Shown here piece by piece: positions 28,023 to 36,811 of a stretch of 64,000 nucleotides of DNA. The DNA is from Deltaproteobacteria bacterium (GTDB lineage: Bacteria > Desulfobacterota > BSN033 > UBA1163): positions 99,100 through 163,099 of the forward strand of contig JAGXTA010000071.1 of NCBI GenBank assembly GCA_018333535.1. Reading direction: 5' to 3'. Both the position numbers and the translations under genes were made by a program. Position 1 is the first letter of the stretch. The number at the start of each line of letters is the position of its first letter. The notes under the pieces were generated by a model. It searched no databases. It was given only the letters and a program-made list of their open reading frames with translations, and had not been told where the DNA came from.

Positions 28023-30245
28023 GTGGACAACAATCAGAATAATTTCCCCCCCCATCTCCAACGATTTCTTTCCAAATTACAGAAAGTCAAATACATCGGC
28101 AGTGGCCGCCACATGGCAATTTGTCCTGCTCACGATGATGGACAAGCTTCCCTGAGCATCTCACAGGGGGATGACGGTCGAGTGCTGCTAAAATGTTTTG
28201 CCGGGTGCGCGGCGCAAGACGTGATGGAGGCCCTCGGTTTGGAGATGAAGGACCTTTTTCCACCCAAGGAGGAGGGGGTATCCTCTCCCTCTCCCCCGAA
28301 AAGGCGTGCAACCGTGCAACCGTCCTGTCAAGTATCTGAAAATACTAAGAATGAACTGGTTGCAGTACCGGAAGGGTTGCATACAACCGGTTCGCAGGGC
28401 TGCACTCTACAGCAGTACGCCACCCTGAAGGGATTGCCCATTTCTTTTCTTCGGGAGCTTGGACTTTCTGATGTCAAATATATCGGGAAGGCCGCGGTAC
28501 GAACACCTTACTTTAATGCTAAACAGGAGGAGATTTCGGTTCAGTACAGAATCGCACCGGATGGGAATAATAAATTTCGCTGGAGAAAGGGATCGAAGCC
28601 CTGCCTGTATGGGACAAATCGTGATTACAAGTCGAACGGAAAGGTGATCATAGCTGAAGGGCCATCCGATGCACAGACACTTTGGAACGCCGGTTTCTCT
28701 GCCCTGGGGTTGCCCTCTGCGGACGGTTGGAAAGAGGAAAGGGATGCTACTTTGTTGGATGGAATCACTTCTATATTTGTTGTGATCGAACCGGATCAGG
28801 GTGGAGTTGCCGTCCAAAAGTGGTTGGCCACCTCTCGTATCCGTCACCGCGTCCGACTGCTGAGTTTTGATGGATACAAAGACCCTTCTGCACTTTATCT
28901 CCATGACCGCGAGAACTTTAAAACCAATATGCAGAAAGCTATGGCGAAAGCTATCCCATGGACAGAAGTGGAGGCCAGGCAGAATAAAGAAGAGAGGGAT
29001 AAAGCCTGGGCAATGTGTAAATCTCTGGCAGAGGATCCCGACATCCTGTCTTTATTTGTCGAGAAAATTAAAGGGATGGGGGTTGCAGGGCAAGAGAAAG
29101 AGGTTCAGATTCTATACCTCATGTTGACCAGTAGACATCAGAAGAGGCCTGTTTCAGGCGTTGTAAAGGGTCAGTCGGCAGGCGGGAAGAGTTATATCGT
29201 TGAAAAAGTTAAGAAGTTTTTTCCCGCATCTTCCTATATTGAGTTGACGGGGATGTCTGAGCACTCCTTAGCTTACGGAGAGGAATCCCTTTCAAATCGG
29301 TTTCTCATTATATTCGAGATCATGGGAATTTCAAATGATATTGCAAACTATCTGTTGCGCTCTCTTCTTTCAGAAGGTCGGGTTTTATACGAGACTGTTG
29401 AACCAGATTCTACCGGCAAACTGAGGGTGAGACGGATTGAGCGACAAGGACCAACCGGTACTATTATCACTACCACTCAAATTCAAATCCACCCTGAAAA
29501 CGAAACAAGACTATTATCGATCAACATTTCAGATTCACAAAAACAAACAAAAGACATTATGGTTGCCCTATCCGCTGAGGAAGAGGAGCCTGATTTGAGC
29601 GCTTGGCAAGCACTGCAAACATGGATTGATTTTGAAGAACATAAGGTGGTGATCCCTTATGCCGAGAATCTGGCAAGGCTGATTCCTCCCGTTGCGGTCA
29701 GGCTTCGGCGGGACTTTACTCAGGTGCTGAATTTGATCAGGAGCCACAGCATATTGCACCAGGCGAATAGAGGGCGGGATTCCAAGGGGAGAATTATTGC
29801 CGAGGTTAGAGATTATGCCATAGTGAGGGAGCTAACTTCCGAGATCATATCTGAGGCTATCGGATCAACAGTCTCTTCCAGAATCCGTGAAGTGGTTGCT
29901 GCGGTAAACACCATCATTACAGGGACAGACTTGGAACCCGGAAAGCCCTCTGCAACCGTACAGGCCATTGCAACCTCTTTAAAAAAGGATAAATCTACGG
30001 TCTGGAGGCAAGTTATGGCAGCCAGAAAAAGAGACTATTTGGTAAATAACGAGAAAGTAAAGGGAAAACCTGCGCAGATAGTGCTCGGAGACCCTTTACC
30101 TGACGACCTGGTTATCCTTCCAAATCCCGAAATGTTGAACGGTTGCACGGTTGCAGTCGTTTCCGAGGGAGGGGGTAGGGACGACCTCGCTACCACTAAA
30201 AATGGACGTTACGAGGTGATGAACGATGGACAACTCACTTATTGA
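28023..30245 (+). CDS. Primase-helicase (CHC2-like zinc finger, TOPRIM, P-loop)
   Basis: CPAHDD..SLS...KCFAGC, AEGPSD, PDQGG, GQSAGGKS Walker A. Confidence 0.85.
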   Translation: MDNNQNNFPPHLQRFLSKLQKVKYIGSGRHMAICPAHDDGQASLSISQGDDGRVLLKCFAGCAAQDVMEALGLEMKDLFPPKEEGVSSPSPPKRRATVQPSCQVSENTKNELVAVPEGLHTTGSQGCTLQQYATLKGLPISFLRELGLSDVKYIGKAAVRTPYFNAKQEEISVQYRIAPDGNNKFRWRKGSKPCLYGTNRDYKSNGKVIIAEGPSDAQTLWNAGFSALGLPSADGWKEERDATLLDGITSIFVVIEPDQGGVAVQKWLATSRIRHRVRLLSFDGYKDPSALYLHDRENFKTNMQKAMAKAIPWTEVEARQNKEERDKAWAMCKSLAEDPDILSLFVEKIKGMGVAGQEKEVQILYLMLTSRHQKRPVSGVVKGQSAGGKSYIVEKVKKFFPASSYIELTGMSEHSLAYGEESLSNRFLIIFEIMGISNDIANYLLRSLLSEGRVLYETVEPDSTGKLRVRRIERQGPTGTIITTTQIQIHPENETRLLSINISDSQKQTKDIMVALSAEEEEPDLSAWQALQTWIDFEEHKVVIPYAENLARLIPPVAVRLRRDFTQVLNLIRSHSILHQANRGRDSKGRIIAEVRDYAIVRELTSEIISEAIGSTVSSRIREVVAAVNTIITGTDLEPGKPSATVQAIATSLKKDKSTVWRQVMAARKRDYLVNNEKVKGKPAQIVLGDPLPDDLVILPNPEMLNGCTVAVVSEGGGRDDLATTKNGRYEVMNDGQLTY

Positions 30246-30489
30246 TGGATGTCTCGAAGAGATCGGCAAAGGATACAGGCCGGGCCTGCTGCCGTGGCTG
30301 AAACAGCAGCCAGCCCGATGGCGACGGCTGCTGAACCTGGAGGACGCAATCAATAAGGCGGCGCTTGGGGGCGGTCAGGTAGGGTTGACGGCGGCACTGT
30401 CCGAGTACAAGGACTTCTTCCGGGAGATGGTGACGGCGTACGAAATGAGTAACACATTTCCATTATTCGAAGGCAGGGCAAATGAGTAA
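30226..30489 (+). CDS. Hypothetical protein
   Basis: GAGGTG RBS; overlaps both neighbours. Confidence 0.6.
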   Translation: MDNSLIDGCLEEIGKGYRPGLLPWLKQQPARWRRLLNLEDAINKAALGGGQVGLTAALSEYKDFFREMVTAYEMSNTFPLFEGRANE

Positions 30490-31303
30490 ACACCGAAAGA
30501 CAATAACCATCCAGGAAACAGCATATTCAATCCTGGCTGCTCATAATCCAATGACTGTCCGGCAGGTCTATTATCAGCTGGTTTCCAGACAAGTCATAGA
30601 AAATAACCGCGGCCAGTATCAGGCCGTCTCAAATGCTTTGGTTCAGGCGAGACAAGAGGGATTCATCCCATGGGAATGGATCGAGGACAGAACGAGACGA
30701 CCAAGGTCGGTCAGTATGTGGGACAACTTATCTGATTTTGGCTATACAGTTCTTTCTTCATATCGCCGCGACGTGTGGGATTCTCAACCTCATTATATTG
30801 AGGTATGGCTGGAGAAGGATGCGCTCTCAGGGATATTCGAGGGTGTACTGGAACCCTACGGAGTGACCTTGAATGTAGGCAGAGGATATGACGGCTGGGA
30901 CTCCATCCATAATGCAGCTGAGCGTTTCAATGATGGGGACGGAATGACTATCCTTTACTTTGGCGATTTCGATCCGTCCGGAGAGGACATGGCACGGTCC
31001 CTAAAAGAGAGATTAGCCTTTTTTAAGTCAAGTCCGGAAATCCTGAAAGTGGCGTTAACCTACGGGGACATAACCCGTTACAACCTGCCTCCCGACTTCA
31101 CCAAAGTAGGGGATACCAGACAAAAAAATTTCGTTGCCAAGTATGGAAATGTGGCTGTTGAGCTTGACGCTTTACCTATCGATATTCTCCGAGATCGGAT
31201 AGTTAGGGAAGTGGAGGCACGGATGGACCTGAATGCACTGGCAGGGGTGAAGCTGATTGAAGATGTAGAGAGAGAGGAACTGGCAAGGGCATTGGGGCGG
31301 TGA
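30482..31303 (+). CDS. Topoisomerase VI-A/Spo11-like TOPRIM-domain protein
   Basis: TVRQVYYQL N-terminal wHTH-like segment, VWLEKDAL, YFGDFDPSG, ELDAL. Confidence 0.75.
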   Translation: MSKHRKTITIQETAYSILAAHNPMTVRQVYYQLVSRQVIENNRGQYQAVSNALVQARQEGFIPWEWIEDRTRRPRSVSMWDNLSDFGYTVLSSYRRDVWDSQPHYIEVWLEKDALSGIFEGVLEPYGVTLNVGRGYDGWDSIHNAAERFNDGDGMTILYFGDFDPSGEDMARSLKERLAFFKSSPEILKVALTYGDITRYNLPPDFTKVGDTRQKNFVAKYGNVAVELDALPIDILRDRIVREVEARMDLNALAGVKLIEDVEREELARALGR

Positions 31304-31312
31304 TAACAGTGC

Positions 31313-31362
31313 GGGTCCTTCCTGGAGGTTTGGCGGTGAGACTGCGCTGCCCGCGATATTCG
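31313..31362 (+). other. Candidate lambda-like cos packaging site
   Basis: GGGTCCT (identical to lambda cosQ), then a GC-rich segment and CGCG; directly upstream of the Nu1-like gene. Confidence 0.5.
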
Positions 31363-31434
31363 AGAGGGAGTGAAAATTTTTTTGACTTGACGTTTTACTT
31401 TAGCTATCAATAATGAGTATCCGAGGAGGGTTAC

Positions 31435-31746
31435 CTGAAACTCGTCACTCAGGCTAAATTTGCAAAATTAAAAGGTGTCTCCAGACAGCGGGTCGGCCAG
31501 TGGGTCCGGGATGAGATCATCGAGCTGAGGGGTGGCAAGATTGATCCTATACAGGCGGATAGCGATCTTAACAACCGTCTCGATCATTCAAAGCGGCTTG
31601 ATTGGGAGTTTACCAATTTAAAGCCACCAGTTCCATTCAAGAAGATCTCTACTTTTGAGATACCAGACCTGGAATTGGATTTTAGCGCTTATTTTAAAAA
31701 AAGAGCTCTCAAAAATAAGAGAACGAAGAAAGATCGGGGGCGGTGA
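31435..31746 (+). CDS. Nu1/small-terminase-like HTH protein with CTG start (absent from ORF track)
   Basis: GAGGAGG RBS then CTG; reads KLVTQAKFAKLKGVSRQRVGQWV...GKIDPIQAD, open to TGA at 31746. Confidence 0.6.
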   Translation: MKLVTQAKFAKLKGVSRQRVGQWVRDEIIELRGGKIDPIQADSDLNNRLDHSKRLDWEFTNLKPPVPFKKISTFEIPDLELDFSAYFKKRALKNKRTKKDRGR

Positions 31747-31846
31747 TCCTTCGGTCACACCGGTTGGTGACTATAAATCTCTTCTTGCCCGGTTGAAGCG
31801 CGGTGGCGGTGGAAACTGGCTTTAAAAAAATCAGAGGAGGATCGAA

Positions 31847-32407
31847 ATGGAAATGACGATCAAAACATTTGCTGAGCGTGAAGGAATGAATGTGGTGACG
31901 GTGGAAGAGGCCATCCAGCTGGGGATCCTTCCCATTACAGTGGACGGTTTGATTCCAGTGGATCAAGTCCAAGGGCATTTAGAATGCCTTGAACGGAATG
32001 AAAAAGAGGCCCGGGTTGCACCGATTCGGGAGGAAGTTGAGAGCCGGATATCGGGACGCCGGTCCTATTCAACCTCATTGAAGCCGAACCCGGGAGATAG
32101 TGTGGGGGAGAAAATTTCTTCTTCACGTTTCCATTCAGTCTTTCCGGAATCCCGTCCATTGGGAGAATTTTTCAGTCCAGAAGGTAAGGCGGCTTTTGAG
32201 AAGGCGGCTGCATCCGGCCAAATCCGGATCCTCCAAAAAACGGGTAGCATGAGCGTGGCCTCTTCGTCTTCTCCCCTGGAGGAGAGGGCAAAGCAGACTT
32301 GGAATAGGGATGCCGATATTCGGGAGGAATTCAAAAACAATTTTGCTTCTTATCTCGCTTTTCTCAAACAGAGCGAGGCAGGAAATGTTCGGATCTTTCG
32401 GAAATAA
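31847..32407 (+). CDS. Hypothetical protein (N-terminal HTH-like segment; C-terminal W..DADIREEF..F.SYLA motif)
   Basis: GGAGG RBS, 186-aa ORF. Confidence 0.7.
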   Translation: MEMTIKTFAEREGMNVVTVEEAIQLGILPITVDGLIPVDQVQGHLECLERNEKEARVAPIREEVESRISGRRSYSTSLKPNPGDSVGEKISSSRFHSVFPESRPLGEFFSPEGKAAFEKAAASGQIRILQKTGSMSVASSSSPLEERAKQTWNRDADIREEFKNNFASYLAFLKQSEAGNVRIFRK

Positions 32408-32469
32408 ATTTTGTTCTTAGACGTATGGCAAAGATTTTTCAGTCTCGAAGCGAAAGGAGGTAAGAAAAA

Positions 32470-32697
32470 ATGGCTAACTACGAGCAAAACGTTTGGTATC
32501 AAGGAGGCGACGACGCATTGGCATTGAACGAAGCGCTCCGGACTGCCTGGTCAGAAAGACCTGCCCTGAGATCTGCCTTTGCTTCTTTGGATCAGTTTTT
32601 GGCGGTGAATCGTGTCGCCTTTGCGGCTGAGGCGGAATCTACAGGTAAAAGGTTTAGGGAAATTATTGGATACTTTCCGGTTGTTGAAAATCCGTAG
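32470..32697 (+). CDS. Hypothetical protein
   Basis: AAGGAGG RBS, 75 aa. Confidence 0.65.
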   Translation: MANYEQNVWYQGGDDALALNEALRTAWSERPALRSAFASLDQFLAVNRVAFAAEAESTGKRFREIIGYFPVVENP

Positions 32698-32712
32698 AAG
32701 AAAGGAGCGGTT

Positions 32713-33278
32713 ATGACTAAATTGGAAGAGAAGAGGAACATTCTCTTTGAGAAAAAAAAGTTGTGGATGAAAAAAGACTTTCTCTCTCCAGTTTGAAAGG
32801 TCGGCAGGATAAGATGATCGCTGATTTGGCCGACAAAAAGTTTCAGCTTGAAACGGCGATGATGGAGCACCAAAGATTACAGGGCGAAGTTTCATTGGGC
32901 CAGGCTCCCGAGAAAGATCTCTTTCGGGTGGCAAAGGAGATCGAGGAGTTGAAGCTCCAGATCCAGGAGCTCGAGTTACTCAATTCGTCCTTTCCGAAAG
33001 CGAGAGATTCCCTGGAGACGGAGATCCGGAAGGCTGAAAATATTTGCCAGGGACTGACCCATGACTTTTGGTATCACATCATGGAGCTGGAAAAGGAAAA
33101 AGCAAAGGGTAATACCGCGCTCTTGAGGGCATGGGCCGCGTTTAATCTGTCAGGCGGAGGGGCTTCGTTCGGCCAGTTCCTTTCGAAGCACTTTAATTCT
33201 TACTTTGTTGAAGACGTTGAAAAAATATCGAAAGAACTTGAGGCCGAGTATTTAAAAGGAGGTGATCGGAATGGTTGA
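32713..33278 (+). CDS. Coiled-coil hypothetical protein, split by a -1 frame change at an A8 run
   Basis: AAGGAG RBS and ATG at 32713; A-AAA-AAG at 32754-32760 joins to the 32763-33278 frame after a -1 shift. Confidence 0.55.
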
Positions 33279-33465
33279 TGTGAATTTGACAGCGATTTTT
33301 GGCGAGGTTTTTCAGGATGCCGATGCATTGAAGGCCATGGCAAAGGTTTTGAGCCGGCAACCGGAATCAATAAGAGACCGGATCATTAACGAATTGGCGT
33401 TGGCGACAAATATTACCGGAAAAGCATGGCGAGATAGAATGCGGGCATTGACCAGTAAGAGATAG
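33271..33465 (+). CDS. Hypothetical protein
   Basis: AGGAGGT RBS, ATG at 33271. Confidence 0.55.
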   Translation: MVDVNLTAIFGEVFQDADALKAMAKVLSRQPESIRDRIINELALATNITGKAWRDRMRALTSKR

Positions 33466-33562
33466 GTTCTCTGTAAATAAGACAACGCCCTCCAAGTATA
33501 ACCTTGTCCATTTTTAGACAAGGTCAGTAAGAGATAGGTTCTCTGTAAATGAGACAACGCCC
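33453..33562. repeat. Two 38-bp direct repeats separated by a 34-bp spacer
   Basis: CAGTAAGAGATAGGTTCTCTGTAAAT[A/G]AGACAACGCCC at 33453-33490 and 33525-33562. Confidence 0.9.
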
Positions 33563-34053
33563 GCGACCGAGGCGTGTATCGGCGACGATATCCATTCCTC
33601 TTTCCGAAGTAGTACCCTGGTCGGCGGTGATCCGGCCAGGGGAAGATCGGGACAACCCTTGTCATGAAAAGATGGCCTATCAGAAAAAAAAAGGAAAGCC
33701 TTCCGGACCCTCTTCCAGATCCGGGCAACTGGGGCCTTCGCTTTCTATTTTTTGAGGTTTTAAGCGAACTCCTCACCTTTTTAAAATCGAGGAATGGGAA
33801 GGGAAATATCTCTCTCCCTGGTTCTCACCGGGAGGCTAAAAGAGAAGTGATCGATAGGGGGATCACCCTTCAGGGGCTTGGAATTCGATCATGCGTCGAT
33901 GATCTTTCCGATTCATTACAGGCTAATGAGAGGTGGGCGGTCATCAATGGCAGGCCTACAAGGGTTAAGGTGAATTAAGAAAAACGGCTGTTTTTTGGAA
34001 GGTGCTTTTCGAAAGTTGCCCGGGGGTGTGCCTGGAGACGGACCCGAGAGAAT

Positions 34054-34518
34054 TCATCGAAGAGGGGATCGAAGAGTTGATTGACTTTTTAAATTATATT
34101 GAGTTTGCCATGCTCCAGGGGAAGCTCCCCTTTTGTAGGTGGGCTTTTGAGGTAAGATTGTGATACATCTATCTAAGGCGTTGATATATTGAACTTGTTC
34201 AATGGCAATAAGGGACCTTGAATCCTTTCTATTTTTATCACCTTCTTTCTGCCTTTCCTTCTCTTTCTGGTATTTGATTTCACTTATTACCGCCGTCCTT
34301 GTCGGTATATCCTCATTCTCCCTTGCCTGAGCTTTCACCTTTTCCACGATTTCGGGGTGCTTGGCGATGGCTTGGGCATGATGTAGTCGCTTATGTGATA
34401 TCCCTATTTTTTCATGTCGTGCCTTACCATCACGATGACCTTTGGGGATACCTTGATATTTTTCTGGAGGGATTTTTTCTGCCAGCTCCCCAATCCCCGC
34501 ACCAATATCCAGAAGCAT
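34054..34518 (-). CDS. Hypothetical phage-like protein (possibly a fragment)
   Basis: 154-aa ORF with HTH-like segment and DIPTRTAV motif; weak start context. Confidence 0.45.
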   Translation of the reverse strand: MLLDIGAGIGELAEKIPPEKYQGIPKGHRDGKARHEKIGISHKRLHHAQAIAKHPEIVEKVKAQARENEDIPTRTAVISEIKYQKEKERQKEGDKNRKDSRSLIAIEQVQYINALDRCITILPQKPTYKRGASPGAWQTQYNLKSQSTLRSPLR

Positions 34519-34810
34519 CTCTCAGGCTGGATCGCAAAAGGGGGAGATGGATTAATGAGAATATACCGGAGGGGGGAGCTAAGGGAATTGGAGTGCGACT
34601 AAAAACAGTCACACTCTCTAATGCAGGCATAGGCAGGAACGAAAGCCCGATACTAAGGGGATTGGCCGAGTCGCAGTCCATACGGGCGGAGGAGGTGAAC
34701 CAAATGGGAGTCTATAAGACCGTTCATGGCGGGGGACAGATGGGGGATAAACCGTGTTGGGCCAGGAAAATAAAAAAGGCTTGAAACCCTCCAAGCCTTG
34801 ATAGTCTAAG

Positions 34811-34884
34811 CGCCCCTGGCCCGACTCGAACGGGCGGCACACGGATTAGGAATCCGTTGCTCTATCCACCTGAGCTACAGGGGC
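34811..34884 (-). tRNA. tRNA-Arg (anticodon CCT); CCA not encoded
   Basis: GCCCCTGTAGCTCAGGTGGATAGAGCAACGGATTCCTAATCCGTGTGCCGCCCGTTCGAGTCGGGCCAGGGGCG folds as a cloverleaf. Confidence 0.95.
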
Positions 34885-35149
34885 ATCTCAATCCAACAAT
34901 ATGATTTTCACGCAATTTCGTCAAGACTATTTAAAATAAATTTTACTTCAAGGCAATCCTTTATGGAGGCTACGTCAACGTTTTCCTGTCGCGACGGCGG
35001 GCCAGCACGGCGGGCCTTGCGAAACGGGCGTCTTCACCCTAACCCTTGCCGAAGAATTATTTAGAACGAATTTTTGGATGGAAGTCTGAAGGGGTGAGAG
35101 CCGAAATATTTCCTGGAGGGGGAGGCTGCTCTTCTAAATCGTTAACCTT

Positions 35150-35374
35150 CTATTTGGACTCAACTATTTGACCTGTCATCTTGTCAATGGTCACTTCAAC
35201 AAAATCCATTCTTTCCATATTCCAATCATTCCCTAAAAACTTTTTCACCCAATTCATGATCGATTCAGGGGTGATTCGTTGAGGGTCTTTTCTTCTTTCG
35301 GGGAGAATCCCAATTAAATGACGTTGGTCCTCTTGGTTGTGATGGTAGAATTCATAAGCCAATATATGTTCCAT
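35150..35374 (-). CDS. Small protein with GILPERRK motif (paralog of 49433-49618)
   Basis: Clear similarity to the 49433 ORF; directly downstream of the 35387-36244 gene. Confidence 0.75.
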   Translation of the reverse strand: MEHILAYEFYHHNQEDQRHLIGILPERRKDPQRITPESIMNWVKKFLGNDWNMERMDFVEVTIDKMTGQIVESK

Positions 35375-35386
35375 ATTTCTTATCCC

Positions 35387-36244
35387 TTAATTGACCGATG
35401 GATAATAAACGACCTTCCTTCTCTCTACTGGAAATCTTAAAGTGATTAATGTCCTTCCCTTTTGGCCATCTATTCCAAATTCCATCACCCCTTGATTTTT
35501 TTTGACCATTTCGTCAATGAGTCTTAACTCAAAATCAAGGGTTTCTTTCTTTTCTGGGGAAGGGTCTTTGATGATGGGTCCAAATTGTTCTATCGTTTTT
35601 CTATAACCATCAAAGAGGACCGATATTTCAATATATTTTCCTTCCGCGAAGGATGGAGCGCTGACCTCTCCATGCTGCTTCTGATGGATAAACAATCTGG
35701 TCATAAAGCCAACCCCTCCATTGACAGGGATCCATCTTATGGCATACTTAAGGGTAGAGTCTAAAATATATTTCAAATGTTCATCTGGAGTGATGGTTTC
35801 GGGAAGGTCTTCTTTAAAATTTTTAAACACTCGAATCTTCTTTTCAGACATTTGGGTTTGGTTGTTCTTTAGCACATTTTCGATGAGGGCGTGTACCGTA
35901 TTTATTTTTGTTTCCGTGGAATTGACCTTGAGGTAATTCAGAACAGAGCTCAGGAGCAGATCGACCTTCCCGATCTCCTCATTGAGAATATGATGAAAAT
36001 GATCATCGAAGGTCTTATCGTTAAATTTTCCTCGGGATATTTGCGTAAAATATTTGATGGATTCCAGTGAATGGTCAATGCGTTGAATCAATTCGATGAG
36101 AAGAGAGGATTTGAATGAACCATGCAGCTCATTTGCCATCATCAGTTTTTTAAATTCGAGTGAGCCAGGATCACCCTTATCGGATTGAGGAAAAATAGAA
36201 TGGAATAAATCATTCTGGGGATTAAAAATAGAATTATTTTTCAT
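35387..36244 (-). CDS. Pseudo-histidine-kinase (HisKA/HATPase-like without His or G-boxes)
   Basis: Aligns by eye to the C-half of 10419-11990 (SIKxFTQ, KFND, DLPETI, FPxERRKV). Confidence 0.75.
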   Translation of the reverse strand: MKNNSIFNPQNDLFHSIFPQSDKGDPGSLEFKKLMMANELHGSFKSSLLIELIQRIDHSLESIKYFTQISRGKFNDKTFDDHFHHILNEEIGKVDLLLSSVLNYLKVNSTETKINTVHALIENVLKNNQTQMSEKKIRVFKNFKEDLPETITPDEHLKYILDSTLKYAIRWIPVNGGVGFMTRLFIHQKQHGEVSAPSFAEGKYIEISVLFDGYRKTIEQFGPIIKDPSPEKKETLDFELRLIDEMVKKNQGVMEFGIDGQKGRTLITLRFPVERRKVVYYPSVN

Positions 36245-36275
36245 ATATTATTTGGTTCTTATCCACTAAGATAAA

Positions 36276-36291
36276 AGCAATTTTGATACCA
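36276..36291 (-). promoter_or_regulatory. Sigma-54 promoter
   Basis: Minus strand TGGTATCAAAATTGCT. Confidence 0.7.
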
Positions 36292-36811
36292 CATTTGAGG
36301 TGGGATCCCAACTATTGATAATCATTCTATTATCGATTTATTCTGAACACTTTAAGGGTCTTAATGGTGGAAAATATTTTCCAGTTTGTCCCGATAAATT
36401 ACCACTAAAAAGTGAAAATGTTTTCCTATCCCTCATCCAAAAAGGTCTGGATAGCGGATTGGGAAGCTTCACGGCCTCGGCCTGGAGGGGGGGATCGAGT
36501 TTATGAGAAATCTCAATCAGGATTGAGGAGGGGTTGGCCAAAAGAAGACCCCAGTCAGGGCCCGCAAAAGGTTCGCAAGGTTAAAGCTTAGTTAGAAAAT
36601 AAACGTCAAGGGTCAAAAGGTAAAGGCTAACCCGCCTTCCGGTAGGCAGGTTAGCCAGTTTTGTGAATGGGTTAGGTCATTGGTCTTAAAGATTTTACCT
36701 TACCACTTCACTTTGCCTAAACTGGCTTCCTAACCATAGCCTTAACCTGAAAAATTTTCATTGTTCGTGCCTGCCTGCTGTGGGCAGGCGTAACCTGACG
36801 GCCATGAAAAC

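Larger units (their letters stand above)
25402..34858. mobile_element. tRNA-Arg-integrated element, phage-satellite (PICI-like)
   Basis: 51-bp direct repeats of the tRNA 3' half at both ends; integrase, AlpA/Xis-like gene, primase-helicase; no capsid or tail genes recognised. Confidence 0.88.

Noticed and set aside
33453..33562. Annotating as a bona fide CRISPR array
   Set aside because: Only two repeats, no cas genes and a palindromic spacer; kept only as a candidate finding.
33549..33978. ORFs 33549-33755 and 33664-33978 in the satellite
   Set aside because: They overlap each other, have weak start context and show no recognisable motifs.
25402..34858. Complete prophage or conjugative element
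   Set aside because: No capsid, portal, large terminase, tail, lysis, relaxase or T4SS genes recognised.
36540..36800. Riboswitch or ncRNA downstream of the TPR lipoprotein gene
   Set aside because: Contains hairpins (GGCTAACC...GGTTAGCC) but no riboswitch consensus I can identify; more likely palindromic repeat debris.
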